NCBI GenBank assembly: GCA_963843795.1 | Contig: CAWJLW010000006.1 | Coordinates: 3,360,375-3,424,374 of the forward strand | DNA from: an uncultured bacterium | Lineage (GTDB): Bacteria; Armatimonadota; Abditibacteriia; Abditibacteriales; Abditibacteriaceae | DNA: 64,000 nucleotides | Direction: 5' to 3' | Shown here: positions 27,477-38,050 of the stretch, in pieces | Numbering within the stretch: position 1 is the stretch's first letter | Layout: every line of letters starts with the position of its first letter | The notes under the pieces: model-generated | The model's database searches: none | The model's input: the letters and a program-made list of their open reading frames with translations, nothing else | Told to the model about the DNA's origin: nothing | Translations under genes and position numbers: made by a program

Positions 27477-29999
27477 TCAATTCGACTCTTCGTCGTCCGA
27501 CGCATTTTCTTCCCCGATTTCCGGTTCTATGAGCGACACATAATCGGTACGCGTGCGACGCATTTCTGCCGACAAACCTTGCAGAATCGGGTCGGAAGCC
27601 GTCCCCGCGCGACCGGTGCCGGGTGGCGCAGCGGCTTGCGGAGCGCCGCGCGGGACGAGTTGAAAATCGCTGGACGAAGCCGCGCTTTGGGCGTTAATTT
27701 TTTGCGCACTGGAAGCGTTGATTTTTTCGGTCGCAGTGACCATCGGTTGCGCCATCGTGGCGCGACGAATCGGCGGCCATTCGGTGTTATCCAGCGTTTC
27801 TTCAGCACGCTCCAAAAGCCAGCGTTGCGAACGCAATGGCTTTTCTCCGCCGCGTCGTTTGACGCGAATGTGCGCGCCGTCGGCTTGAATTTCGCGAGCT
27901 TTCACGTTGTCGTGCAAGCTCGCCCACAGAATTTCATCGCGCAAACGCGCGCGCAAAGCTGCATTCGCAACCGGAAAAACCACTTCGATGCGGCGGAAAA
28001 AGTTACGCGGCATCCAATCGCTCGAACCGCAATACACTTCTTCTTCCCCGTTATTGGCGAAATACCAGATGCGCGAATGTTCCAGAAACCTGTCCACGAC
28101 CGAAATCACGCGGATATTTTCGCTCACACCCGGAATGCCGGGTCGCAAACAACATACGCCGCGCACGATGAGGTCAATTTCGACGCCCGCCTGACTAGCG
28201 CGATACAAAGCCTGAATAATTGAGGGATCGACTAAGGCGTTCATTTTGGCAATAATGCGTGGCGGCGCGACCGGCTTACGCTTGCGTGCGTGCGCAGTTT
28301 CGCGCTCGACCAGTTCACGAAACTTTTCGGCCAAACCAAAAGGTGCCATTTGCAATGCGTCCAAACCTGGAAAACGGCTCATGCCGGTGAGCAAATTAAA
28401 AATCTTCGCCGCGTCTTCGCCAATCTCCGGTCGCGCAGTCAATAAACCCACATCGGTGTATAAACGCGCTGTGACTTCGTTGTAATTGCCGGTTCCCAGA
28501 TGCACATAACGCCGCATCGCGCTGCCTTCGCGCCGCACGACCAGGCACATTTTGCAATGTGTTTTCAAACCGACCAAACCATACAAAACATGCACGCCCG
28601 CTTCTTCCATCTGGCGCGCCCACTGAATATTATTTTCTTCATCGAAGCGCGCTTTGAGTTCGACCAGAGCCGTGACCTGCTTGCCATTTTCCGCCGCGCG
28701 CATCAGGGCGCGCACAATCGGCGATTGCGCGCTGGCGCGATAAAGCGTTTGCTTGATGGCCAGAACATTTGGATCATCGGCGGCCATAATAATGAAATCA
28801 TCGACCGGCTGAAAACTTTCGTAGGGATGATGCAACAGAATATCTTCCTGCCGAATCGCTTTGAACATTTCTTCGGCGGTTTCGACACCGCGCAGCGCGC
28901 GCGGCACAGCGGGCCGAAAGCTGGGGTCTTTCAAGTCGGGTCGCTTTTCACCCGAGTAAACCGCCATCAGACGCGGCAAATTCACCGGCCCATCGGCCTC
29001 ATATAAATCCATCGGCTGCAAATCGAAAGTTTTCAATAACAGTTCGACCACGCGCGGATCAGCCCCGCGCTGCACTTCTAAGCGCACCGCATCGCCGCGC
29101 CGCCTGCGCTGCAATTGTTCCTGCATCGCTTCGAGCAAATTATCCGCTTCGTCCTCGTCCAAATAAAGCTCCGAATTGCGCGTGACGCGAAACGCATAAC
29201 AACCTTCAACTTCCAAACCCGGAAACAAACTATCGATGTATTCCGAAACAATAGAAGATTGAAAAACGTAAATTTTCTGACCATCGGGTGACAATTCCGC
29301 TGGCAGCGCGACCAAACGCGGCAAGACGCGCGGCACCTGCACAACACCAAAACGCTCAGCCAGCGAAGCTGGGGTTTCGCCATCGCGATGCTGCGAACGC
29401 GTGTGTTCTTCGCTGTTGAAAGGTACGCACAACTTCACCACTAAATTCAAACTTTTATTGAGCAATTGCGGAAACGGATGCGCCGGATCAATCGCCAGCG
29501 GCGTGAGGACGGGAAAGACTTCGTTTTGGAAGTAAGTTTCGGTCCACTGGCGCGCGCGCTCGTCCAAATCGGAAACCGTCGAAAGATGAATGCCCGCTGC
29601 GGCCAAACCGGGCACGATGTCTTGACCATAGCAACGATATTGATCGCGCGTCATGCGTTGGGCGCGCTCGGCGATAGCGTCCAAAGTCTGCTGCGCAGTC
29701 AAACCGTCCGGCCCGCTGCGATGCGGCTGTGTATCGGCTTGCTGCTGCAAACCGGCCACGCGCACCTCGAAAAACTCGTCCAGATTCGACGACACAATCG
29801 CCAGAAACTTCAAGCGCTCTAACAGTGGATTAGTCGCGTCCTGCGCTTCTTCCAAAACGCGCTGATTAAATTCCAGCCACGACAATTCGCGGTTAAAATA
29901 CCAGCGCGCTTGCTCTAAATCGCGCACCTTGGCGACTCGCTTGGGCGTTGCGGTTTTCGCAGAAGTTTTGGCACGCGCGGACGTTTTCGATTTTTGCAT
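27477..29999 (-). CDS. ppk1: Polyphosphate kinase 1
   Basis: FNRELSWLEFNQRVL, HPFP, LLHHPYESF, ELKARFDEE, HLGTGNYN, RFLEHSR. Confidence 0.97.
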   Translation of the reverse strand: MQKSKTSARAKTSAKTATPKRVAKVRDLEQARWYFNRELSWLEFNQRVLEEAQDATNPLLERLKFLAIVSSNLDEFFEVRVAGLQQQADTQPHRSGPDGLTAQQTLDAIAERAQRMTRDQYRCYGQDIVPGLAAAGIHLSTVSDLDERARQWTETYFQNEVFPVLTPLAIDPAHPFPQLLNKSLNLVVKLCVPFNSEEHTRSQHRDGETPASLAERFGVVQVPRVLPRLVALPAELSPDGQKIYVFQSSIVSEYIDSLFPGLEVEGCYAFRVTRNSELYLDEDEADNLLEAMQEQLQRRRRGDAVRLEVQRGADPRVVELLLKTFDLQPMDLYEADGPVNLPRLMAVYSGEKRPDLKDPSFRPAVPRALRGVETAEEMFKAIRQEDILLHHPYESFQPVDDFIIMAADDPNVLAIKQTLYRASAQSPIVRALMRAAENGKQVTALVELKARFDEENNIQWARQMEEAGVHVLYGLVGLKTHCKMCLVVRREGSAMRRYVHLGTGNYNEVTARLYTDVGLLTARPEIGEDAAKIFNLLTGMSRFPGLDALQMAPFGLAEKFRELVERETAHARKRKPVAPPRIIAKMNALVDPSIIQALYRASQAGVEIDLIVRGVCCLRPGIPGVSENIRVISVVDRFLEHSRIWYFANNGEEEVYCGSSDWMPRNFFRRIEVVFPVANAALRARLRDEILWASLHDNVKAREIQADGAHIRVKRRGGEKPLRSQRWLLERAEETLDNTEWPPIRRATMAQPMVTATEKINASSAQKINAQSAASSSDFQLVPRGAPQAAAPPGTGRAGTASDPILQGLSAEMRRTRTDYVSLIEPEIGEENASDDEESN

Positions 30000-30159
30000 A
30001 TGAGGAAATGGTAGCAAAAATCGGGCGCACACAATGTTAAGAAATTGAGCTCCGAAATCGCTATCGCAAGTACTTGCACAAATAGTTTATGGTTCACAGC
30101 GATTCTTAATACGATTACAATATCCTTTGTGTATATTTGCACAAAGGAATTTGCTGAAT

Positions 30160-32442
30160 ATGATGAGGTTTCTACTTACCCGTCTCTTTTCTCGCCTTCA
30201 CGCCAAAGGCAGCCAACCATTTTTCATAACTGTGTACTTGCTCACGGTGTTGTTCTCGTTGAGTATTTGTGGCGTCACGACCGCCCTTGCAGCAACCTTT
30301 ACAGTGACATCATTAGCCGATACCGATGGGGGCGTGTGCAACGCAGATTGCACCTTGCGTCAGGCAATCAATGCGGCTCAGTACGCAACAGGCGAAGATA
30401 CGATTGAATTTGGTGTGGCGGGCACCGTTCGATTGAGTCGAAATTTACCCAATTTGTATGGCCCGGTGACAATTCGTAATGCGCAACGTGAAGGAGTCGC
30501 TATCAGCGGCGATGTCAATGGTGATGGCGTGGCCAGCGACGGTGATGTTCATATCTTTCTTGTGCTTGGTAACGAACAGGTGACTATCGAAAATCTCACG
30601 CTCCGCGATGGATTTGATAGCGAATATGATGGGGCACTTGCCGGTGGTATTTATAACAACGGGAACGCTCTGCTCATCAATTGCACCTTAACTCGCAATC
30701 GCGCCGAGCAAGGTGGCGGCGCCATCTACAACAATGGCGGAACGCTGTCTCTGCTCAATTGCACATTCGCTTTGAATTCAACCGCAGGCAATGGTGGCGC
30801 TATCTACACCGATGGAAACTTCACTGCCATAGGCTGCACGTTCTCAGGCAATTTGGCCGGTTCTACCGGCGGTGCGATCTTCACCTATCCTTTCATTCGC
30901 GGTCGTTTTACCCTGCTGCGCAATTGTACTCTCAGCGGCAATACTGCTGGCGGCGTGGGCGGCGCTTTGAATAACATCGGCGGTCAAACCACGATAGAAA
31001 ACTGTACGATTACCGCCAATAAAGCGCTGTTTTACGGTGGCAGTGGCATTTACGCTTCCGATAATTACCAACCTACCGCTACCATTGTGAGCAACAGCAT
31101 CATTGTAGGCAATATCGGTCTGGATGGTCTATCGGGCAATGATGTAGATTTGGTTAGTCAGGGACGAAATTCTTTTATCAGCGGTGGCTACAACCTTATT
31201 GGTAAAGGCTCGGCAGCAGAAAACTTCGACCAGTCGGGTGATAAGCGCGGCGTTAGCGACATCAAGCTTGGCCCATTGGAGAACAACGGAGGCACGACGC
31301 AAACTCATGCCTTACTTGAAGGAAGTCCGGCGATTAACGGCGGCGATCCAAATTTTGCCACAGATGCTATTGCATTTGATCAGCGCGGGACAGGCTTCCT
31401 TCGTGTGCGGGCCGGGCGCTTAGATATTGGAGCCTTTGAATTTCAAACCGATGTGGCGCCATCGCCTTCTGTCACTGCCATTGACGATAGTTACGATTTG
31501 TTATTGGCGCCCTCACAAAATCCGGGTTCGGGTGTAACTCTGCAAACCAACGGCATTTTTCGTATTGATGCTCCGGGTGTGCTAGCCAACGATAGCGACT
31601 CACAGAATAGCGCATTGACCACAATTTTGGAAACGAATCCTCAACATGGACGAATTCAGTTGCGCACCGACGGTACGATTTTCTATTTGCCCAGTGCAGG
31701 ATTTGCCGGAACTGACGATTTCACTTATCGGGTTAGTAACGGTTTCAACTCAACTGTCGCCCGCGTACGATTGAACCTTATCGACCGATTGGCTCCCGAA
31801 CTACGTTTTGACACTCCCATTAATGGCGCGACAGTCGAATCTATTACCAAAATTGCCGGACGGGTACGCGACCGTAATGCGGGCATACAATCGCTAACTC
31901 TCCTATGGCGTCGCTCTGATGGCACGTTCTGGAACGGAACTTACTGGACAGCAATTGTCACGGAATTGCCCTTGACCATGCGTGGTATTAACTGGACTTA
32001 CGAGGGCAAATTGCCTACAACCGGCACCAACAATGTGCGCGATTTGCTAGATGGCGTCTACAATTTGCGTGTAACCGCAATTGACAAGAGTAGCAATACA
32101 ACCGTCATCACGAATCGTGTCACTGTTAAAAATCAAACCACGCCCACTCCGGAAGTTTCCGATGTGCGTTTGTCATCTGCTACGGCTTCGGTCGCTCAAA
32201 AACAATTGGGGTTGAAGTTCACGGGCGCATTGGATGTGGCTTCGGTAGATAAGGCCAGCTACAAACTATTGATCAACGGCGTCGCCACCCCATTACGAGA
32301 GATCTATTATTACAACCAAACGCTAGTTTTTGCGAGTTTGGATTTTGACAGCGGTGACAAAATCACGCTGCAAATCGCTAATCTGCGCGATGCCAGCGGC
32401 AAAACCATCGCGGGCGGCACAATTCAATTAACTGCGCGCTGA
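30160..32442 (+). CDS. CSLREA / choice-of-anchor Q surface protein with Ig-like domains, paralog 1
   Basis: CTLRQAI, GGAI repeats, LGPLENNGGTTQTHALLEGSPAINGG...DQRG...DIGAFE, PGVLANDSD. Confidence 0.82.
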   Translation: MMRFLLTRLFSRLHAKGSQPFFITVYLLTVLFSLSICGVTTALAATFTVTSLADTDGGVCNADCTLRQAINAAQYATGEDTIEFGVAGTVRLSRNLPNLYGPVTIRNAQREGVAISGDVNGDGVASDGDVHIFLVLGNEQVTIENLTLRDGFDSEYDGALAGGIYNNGNALLINCTLTRNRAEQGGGAIYNNGGTLSLLNCTFALNSTAGNGGAIYTDGNFTAIGCTFSGNLAGSTGGAIFTYPFIRGRFTLLRNCTLSGNTAGGVGGALNNIGGQTTIENCTITANKALFYGGSGIYASDNYQPTATIVSNSIIVGNIGLDGLSGNDVDLVSQGRNSFISGGYNLIGKGSAAENFDQSGDKRGVSDIKLGPLENNGGTTQTHALLEGSPAINGGDPNFATDAIAFDQRGTGFLRVRAGRLDIGAFEFQTDVAPSPSVTAIDDSYDLLLAPSQNPGSGVTLQTNGIFRIDAPGVLANDSDSQNSALTTILETNPQHGRIQLRTDGTIFYLPSAGFAGTDDFTYRVSNGFNSTVARVRLNLIDRLAPELRFDTPINGATVESITKIAGRVRDRNAGIQSLTLLWRRSDGTFWNGTYWTAIVTELPLTMRGINWTYEGKLPTTGTNNVRDLLDGVYNLRVTAIDKSSNTTVITNRVTVKNQTTPTPEVSDVRLSSATASVAQKQLGLKFTGALDVASVDKASYKLLINGVATPLREIYYYNQTLVFASLDFDSGDKITLQIANLRDASGKTIAGGTIQLTAR

Positions 32443-32483
32443 AAATACGCGCTGCAAGTACTTGCAGCACACAATTATCAACT

Positions 32484-32517
32484 AAAAGCGCCTTGCAAGT
32501 ACTTGCAAGGCGCTTTT
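32484..32517. terminator. 34-bp perfect palindrome between the CSLREA paralogs
   Basis: AAAAGCGCCTTGCAAGT|ACTTGCAAGGCGCTTTT; a second core lies at 32453-32466. Confidence 0.6.
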
Positions 32518-32575
32518 GGGCGTTTGAGAATTGGCGTATCCTATTCTCAACAATTGCACAAAGGAATTTGCCATC

Positions 32576-34774
32576 ATGATTCGCACGTTCGCCAAATCTC
32601 ACCGCTCACTTTCTGCACCACGATATACGTTTTCTTTGTTCGCCACGTTGGGCGTTGCAACAACCTGCGCCGCGCTGAACGCGCCTGCTGCGCGCGCGGC
32701 CAATTTCGTCGTTACTTCGCTTAATGACAGCGAAGGCACGACGTGCGGTGTGGATTGTTCGCTGCGTCAGGCGATTAATGCCGGTAATGGCGAAAATACC
32801 AACATCACTTTTGGTGTTTCGGGAACAATTCGTTTGCTGCGCGCGCTGCCCGAATTGCGCGGCACGGCCACCATCAATAACACGCAGCGAAACCGCGTCA
32901 CGATTAGCGGCGACGCGAACAACAATGGCAGTGCCGACAGCGGCGATGTACGCGTTTTTACCATCGCGCGCGCGGCGAATGTGACATTCAATAATCTTAG
33001 CATCCGCAACGGCTTTGGCAGCGAAGGCGGCGGCATTTATAATAGTGGCACGCTTCTCATCAATAACAGCGTCCTTGCTGACAATGCCGCGACTTATGGC
33101 GGTGCGATTCACAACAATGGCGGCAACTTGCGCGTCAATAACAGTACGCTGTCCGGCAATGCGGCGAGCGATGGCGGTGGCGCAATCAGCAACAATGGCA
33201 CGCTCGCGCTGACTAACAGCACGCTGTCCGGCAACGCGGCCAACGATGGCGGCGGAATTCGCAATTACGCGACTTTGAGCGTCGCGAACAGCACATTTTC
33301 CGGCAACACAGCCCAAGATGCAGGCGGCGGCATTTTTAATACCGGCAGCGCTAACGTCGCGCGCAGTACAATAGCGAATAACTTAGCCGTACGCGGCGGC
33401 GGCATTGCTGCCGCGGTTTATCGAGAAAGCGGCACGGCGCTGAACAATAGCATCGTGGCGGGCAACAGCAGGATAGACGGCGCGACCGGCGATGATGTGA
33501 CTTTTACCAGCAACAATTCTTTCACCAGTGGCGGCTATAACTTGATTGGCAAAGGCAATGCGCTCACCCGCTTTGGTCAAGCGGGAGATCAGACCGGCGT
33601 TAATGATGCGCGGCTTGGCCCGCTGCAAGATAATGGCGGCCCGACTTTCACGCGCTCACTGCTGGCGGGCAGCAAAGCCATTAATGGCGGCGATCCCAAC
33701 GCCGCACCAAACAGTTTCGATCAGCGCGGCACTGGTTTCCCACGCGTGCGCGCCGGACGCATGGATATTGGCGCTGTGGAATTGCAGGTCGATGTTGTGC
33801 CGCCCGCTCCGATTGAGGCAGTTGACGACAATTACAATTTGCTTTTCGGCGCGCCCGGACAAGCTCAACAAGCTGGCGTAACACTGCTTTCTAGCGGCGT
33901 TTTTCTCATCGGCGCGCCGGGCGTGCTAGCCAACGACAGCGATCCATCCCAAGGTGCTCTAACCGTCGCTTTGTCGCGCAATCCGGTCGCGGGGCGCATT
34001 CAAGTGCGCAGTAATGGCAGCTTCTACTATTTGCCCAACAGTGGTTTTGCGGGTGTCGATGAATTCACTTATCTAGTCAGCAATGGCCAAACTTCTTCAC
34101 AGGCGAAGGTGACATTGAACATCATCGACCAGCGCACGCCCGAAGTGCGCTTGGATACGCCGTCCAACGGCACGTCGGTGAAAATTATGCCCGATATCAA
34201 AGGTCGCGTGCGCGATCAGCAATCGGGCGTGCAATCAGTGACGCTGCTGTGGCAACGTTTCGATGGCGCGTATTGGAACGGCGATGCGTGGACAGCCAAC
34301 GCAGTTCAATTGCCGCTGGGCGTGCAAGGCATCAACTGGGCGTATCTGGGCGATTTGCCCGCACCCGGCACCGATCGCGCGCGTTCGCTACTGGATGGCA
34401 GCTATCTTCTGACCGCTACGGCGACAGATAACAGCGGCAACACCAGTCAGGCCAGCAGCCGCTTCAACGTCAAAAACGCGCCGCCCGCTTCTGAAGTGCG
34501 CTTATCAAGCGCCGTGGCTTCAGCCGAACAGGATATTATCGTGCTGAGTTTCACGGGCGCTTTGGACGCGACTTCAGCGAACAGCATCGCCAATTACCGC
34601 GTGCGCGCCAATGGTGTCCTTGTGGCAATCGGTGCTGTAACTTACGCTAATAATTCGGTGACATTGAGCGGTTTAACTTTGAACGTGGGCGATGCGATTA
34701 CGCTGCAAATCGGCAATCTGCGCGACACCGCCGGCAAAACCCTCAGTGGCACGATTCAATTGACTGCGCGCTAA
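32576..34774 (+). CDS. CSLREA / choice-of-anchor Q surface protein, paralog 2
   Basis: CSLRQAI, same domain order, same C-terminus (ITLQI.NLRD..GKT..GTIQLTAR). Confidence 0.82.
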   Translation: MIRTFAKSHRSLSAPRYTFSLFATLGVATTCAALNAPAARAANFVVTSLNDSEGTTCGVDCSLRQAINAGNGENTNITFGVSGTIRLLRALPELRGTATINNTQRNRVTISGDANNNGSADSGDVRVFTIARAANVTFNNLSIRNGFGSEGGGIYNSGTLLINNSVLADNAATYGGAIHNNGGNLRVNNSTLSGNAASDGGGAISNNGTLALTNSTLSGNAANDGGGIRNYATLSVANSTFSGNTAQDAGGGIFNTGSANVARSTIANNLAVRGGGIAAAVYRESGTALNNSIVAGNSRIDGATGDDVTFTSNNSFTSGGYNLIGKGNALTRFGQAGDQTGVNDARLGPLQDNGGPTFTRSLLAGSKAINGGDPNAAPNSFDQRGTGFPRVRAGRMDIGAVELQVDVVPPAPIEAVDDNYNLLFGAPGQAQQAGVTLLSSGVFLIGAPGVLANDSDPSQGALTVALSRNPVAGRIQVRSNGSFYYLPNSGFAGVDEFTYLVSNGQTSSQAKVTLNIIDQRTPEVRLDTPSNGTSVKIMPDIKGRVRDQQSGVQSVTLLWQRFDGAYWNGDAWTANAVQLPLGVQGINWAYLGDLPAPGTDRARSLLDGSYLLTATATDNSGNTSQASSRFNVKNAPPASEVRLSSAVASAEQDIIVLSFTGALDATSANSIANYRVRANGVLVAIGAVTYANNSVTLSGLTLNVGDAITLQIGNLRDTAGKTLSGTIQLTAR

Positions 34775-34866
34775 GAACACAAGCCGAATTTCCGGTACAT
34801 CAAACGGGCGCTGCAAGTACTTGCAGCATATTATCGGCACGCCGTTTGGTGCGAAACGCAGCGAAT

Positions 34867-35424
34867 ATGAACATTCTTGACACCGAAATTGGCGGAGAAA
34901 AAATCGAAACCCGCTTACTCATGCGTTGGCAATTGCCCGCGATGCCGATTTCAATTCGTGTGTTGCAGGAAAGCGATGTCCGTTTGCTGGAATGGCAGGG
35001 CGGCGCCGATTTGCGTTCGTTCTACGAATGGCAATGGTTGCAGCACCAAATCGGCGAGCGCGAAGTTTTAGTGGCCGATTTCAACGGCTTTCCCATCGCT
35101 CAGGTCGCGCTGCACTGGGGTGGTAAAATTGCGCATCCCGGAATTCCCGACATTCAATCGCTGCGCGTGATGCCCGCCTTTCGCGGCCTCAACATCGGTA
35201 CGAAATTGATTGAAGCCTGTGAAAGCGAAGTCGCTCAACAAAATGGTAAGAGAATTGGCTTGGCCGTTGCGCTCAATAACGGCGCGGCGCGGCGTTTGTA
35301 CGAACGTTTGGGCTATGTGGCCGATGGCGAACCGTATGACGACAAATGGGATTATCTCGACGCTCGCGGTCAAAAAATCAATGTCGTCGAGCGCGTGATT
35401 GATATGCTGAAAAATTTGCCATAA
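34867..35424 (+). CDS. GNAT family N-acetyltransferase
   Basis: LRVMPAFRGLNIGTKLI, NGAARRLYERLGY. Confidence 0.88.
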   Translation: MNILDTEIGGEKIETRLLMRWQLPAMPISIRVLQESDVRLLEWQGGADLRSFYEWQWLQHQIGEREVLVADFNGFPIAQVALHWGGKIAHPGIPDIQSLRVMPAFRGLNIGTKLIEACESEVAQQNGKRIGLAVALNNGAARRLYERLGYVADGEPYDDKWDYLDARGQKINVVERVIDMLKNLP

Positions 35425-35466
35425 TTGTGCGTGGCAGATACTTGCAGAAACCCAAAGGACAAGATT

Positions 35467-36759
35467 ATGGCTATTGCAGCGGATAAGCGACAATTGCAAG
35501 AATGGCGCGCTTTAGATGATCTATCGGCGTATCAATCGGTCAATCATCAGTTCGATAAGGCCGCGAAAATCTTGAAACTTAAAGACGATGAAAGCACGCT
35601 GATAAAAAGTCCGTTCCGTGAATTGCGCGTCGAGGTGCCAGTCAAAATGGATGATGGCGCGTGGCGCGTTTTCAATGGTTATCGCGTGCAGCATGATAAT
35701 TCGCGCGGCCCGTGCAAAGGAGGTTTGCGCTTTCACCCCAGCGTCGATGAAGATGAAGTGCGCGCGCTGGCCGCGCTGATGACGTGGAAAACTGCGCTCG
35801 TCGATTTGCCGTTTGGCGGTGCCAAAGGCGGCATCGCCTGTGAACCTAAGCGAATGAGCAGTGATGAGCGCCAGCGCCTGACGCGCGCTTTCGTGCGCGC
35901 CATCGGCGATATTATCGGCCCACATCAGGACATTCCCGCGCCCGACGTGAACACTAACGCGCAAACCATGGCGTGGATTATGGACGAATATTCGCAGCGT
36001 CACGGCTACGCGCCCAGCGTCGTAACCGGAAAACCGCCCGCATTAGGTGGCAGCGTCGGGCGCGAAGATGCGACCGGACGCGGTGTGGCGCTCTTAACGC
36101 GCGCGATTTGCGATGTCATCGGTTTGCCGCTGCACGGAGCGCCGGTCGCGATTCAAGGCTTTGGCAACGTTGGCGGCAACGCCGGTCTTTTGCTGCACGA
36201 ATTGGGCGCGAAAATCGTCGCTGTGTCCGATGCCAACGGCGCGCTCGCGCATCCCGATGGTTTGGACGTGAAAGCCTTGTTTGCCCATCAAAGTGCGACC
36301 GGTTCGATCATGGGCTTTGATGCGCCCGGTGTGAAGCAAATTGATCCCGATGAACTGCTGGAATGGGATTGCGATATTCTCATTCCCGCAGCATTGGGTG
36401 GCGTGATCGATGTCGATACCGCATTGAAAGTCCGCGCGCGTTTGATTATCGAAGGCGCTAACGCGCCAATTAAACCGGGCGCGGTGCAGGTACTTGCCGC
36501 GCGCAGCATTCCCGTTTTGCCCGATATTCTGGCCAACGCGGGCGGCGTGATTGTAAGTTATTTCGAATGGACGCAGAACCTGACCGAATTTCGCTGGAAA
36601 TTATCGCGCGTGCATCAAGAACTCGAAGAATGGCTATTCGGCGCTTTGGACGATGTTTTGCGCGTCGCCAAGAAACACGACACCGATTGGCGCACCGCCA
36701 GCTACGTTTTAGCAGTTGATCGCGTGGCGATTGCGACACGAGCGAGATTCTTGGCTTAA
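35467..36759 (+). CDS. gdhA: Glutamate dehydrogenase (Glu/Leu/Phe/Val dehydrogenase family)
   Basis: KGGLRFHP, PFGGAKGG, DIPAPDV, QGFGNVG, EGAN, PDILANAGGV. Confidence 0.92.
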   Translation: MAIAADKRQLQEWRALDDLSAYQSVNHQFDKAAKILKLKDDESTLIKSPFRELRVEVPVKMDDGAWRVFNGYRVQHDNSRGPCKGGLRFHPSVDEDEVRALAALMTWKTALVDLPFGGAKGGIACEPKRMSSDERQRLTRAFVRAIGDIIGPHQDIPAPDVNTNAQTMAWIMDEYSQRHGYAPSVVTGKPPALGGSVGREDATGRGVALLTRAICDVIGLPLHGAPVAIQGFGNVGGNAGLLLHELGAKIVAVSDANGALAHPDGLDVKALFAHQSATGSIMGFDAPGVKQIDPDELLEWDCDILIPAALGGVIDVDTALKVRARLIIEGANAPIKPGAVQVLAARSIPVLPDILANAGGVIVSYFEWTQNLTEFRWKLSRVHQELEEWLFGALDDVLRVAKKHDTDWRTASYVLAVDRVAIATRARFLA

Positions 36760-36774
36760 TTATGATTTCAAAGC

Positions 36775-36809
36775 AAAAGCGGTGCTCCAAGATTTGGCGC
36801 ACCGCTTTT
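36775..36809. terminator. Bidirectional terminator between gdhA and prfB
   Basis: AAAAGCGGTGC-TCCAAGATTTGGC-GCACCGCTTTT. Confidence 0.68.
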
Positions 36810-36823
36810 CTTTTCAGTTTTTG

Positions 36824-37927
36824 TCAATTCTGTCCGGCGAAATGCTCCAGATACGCGTACATAAAGCCGTTGAAATCGCCGTCCATAACGCCATCGACAT
36901 CCGAGGTTTCGTGGCTGGTGCGATGGTCTTTCACCATTTGATACGGTTGGAAGACATACGAGCGAATCTGGCTGCCCCATTCGTTGCTTTTCACGTCGCC
37001 GCGCACGCGGGCAATTTCTTCCTGCTGCTCGCGCCATTGCTTCTCAAATAAGCGCGATTCCAAAACTCGCATCGCCACATCGCGGTTGCGGCCCTGACTG
37101 CGCTCGTTCTGACATTGCGCGACAATACCGGTTGGAATGTGCGTGATGCGGACCGCAGTTTCGTTTTTCTGCACGTTCTGTCCGCCCGCGCCGCCCGACA
37201 AATAGGTGTCGATGCGAATATCTTTAGGGTCGATTTCAATTTTAATATCGTCGCTGATTTCCGGCACCACATCGACGCTACAAAAGCTCGTCATGCGTTT
37301 GCCCGCCGAGTTGAACGGGCTGATGCGCACCAAACGATGCACGCCCGCCTCGCTGCGAATGTGGCCGTAAGCGTTTGGGCCGGAAAAAATCGCCTGAAAG
37401 CCTTTCAATCCAGCTTCTTCGCCGGGCGATTCTTCCAGCACTTCAACTTTGAAACCTTCGCGTTGCGCCCAGCGCAAATAAGCGCGCACCAGCATTTGCG
37501 CCCAATCTTGGGCTTCGGTGCCGCCCGCGCCCGCATTCACCGAAACGATGGCGTTGTTGGAATCGTATTCGCCGCTGAACAATAGCGCGCGTTCGAGTTC
37601 GTCGTAATCTTTCTGCACACCGGTTAAGTCTTTTTGAATTTCGCGCGCCAAGTCAGCATCGTTTTCCATGCGCGCCAGTTCGACTAGTTCCATCAAATCA
37701 TCGACGCGTTTTTCCGCATCGTTGAAGGGCGCGACCATCTGACGCGCGGCGGACATTTTCTGCATCAACAGTTGCGCGGCAGTCGGATCGTCCCACAAAT
37801 CGGGCGCATTCGACTGCGTTTCCAGTTCGGATAATTCGCCACGACGCGACTCGATGTCGATGGCCGCGCCTTTTGATTTCAATCCATCGCGCATATTTTG
37901 CAGCGCGCTTTGCACTTCTTCAAGCAT
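36824..37927 (-). CDS. prfB: Peptide chain release factor 2 (continuous ORF)
   Basis: SPF specificity motif (RISPF), GGQ motif, WGSQIRSYVFQPY. Confidence 0.97.
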   Translation of the reverse strand: MLEEVQSALQNMRDGLKSKGAAIDIESRRGELSELETQSNAPDLWDDPTAAQLLMQKMSAARQMVAPFNDAEKRVDDLMELVELARMENDADLAREIQKDLTGVQKDYDELERALLFSGEYDSNNAIVSVNAGAGGTEAQDWAQMLVRAYLRWAQREGFKVEVLEESPGEEAGLKGFQAIFSGPNAYGHIRSEAGVHRLVRISPFNSAGKRMTSFCSVDVVPEISDDIKIEIDPKDIRIDTYLSGGAGGQNVQKNETAVRITHIPTGIVAQCQNERSQGRNRDVAMRVLESRLFEKQWREQQEEIARVRGDVKSNEWGSQIRSYVFQPYQMVKDHRTSHETSDVDGVMDGDFNGFMYAYLEHFAGQN

Positions 37928-38050
37928 AATTTTCCCTTCCGTTTTCGTGCTGCAAGTACTTGCAGCGCGTTTAAATTATAGCGCGAACAGCTAACAGACA
38001 CGCAAAAACGCCCCTGCAAGTACTTGCAGGGGCGTTCGATTGTAAAAACG

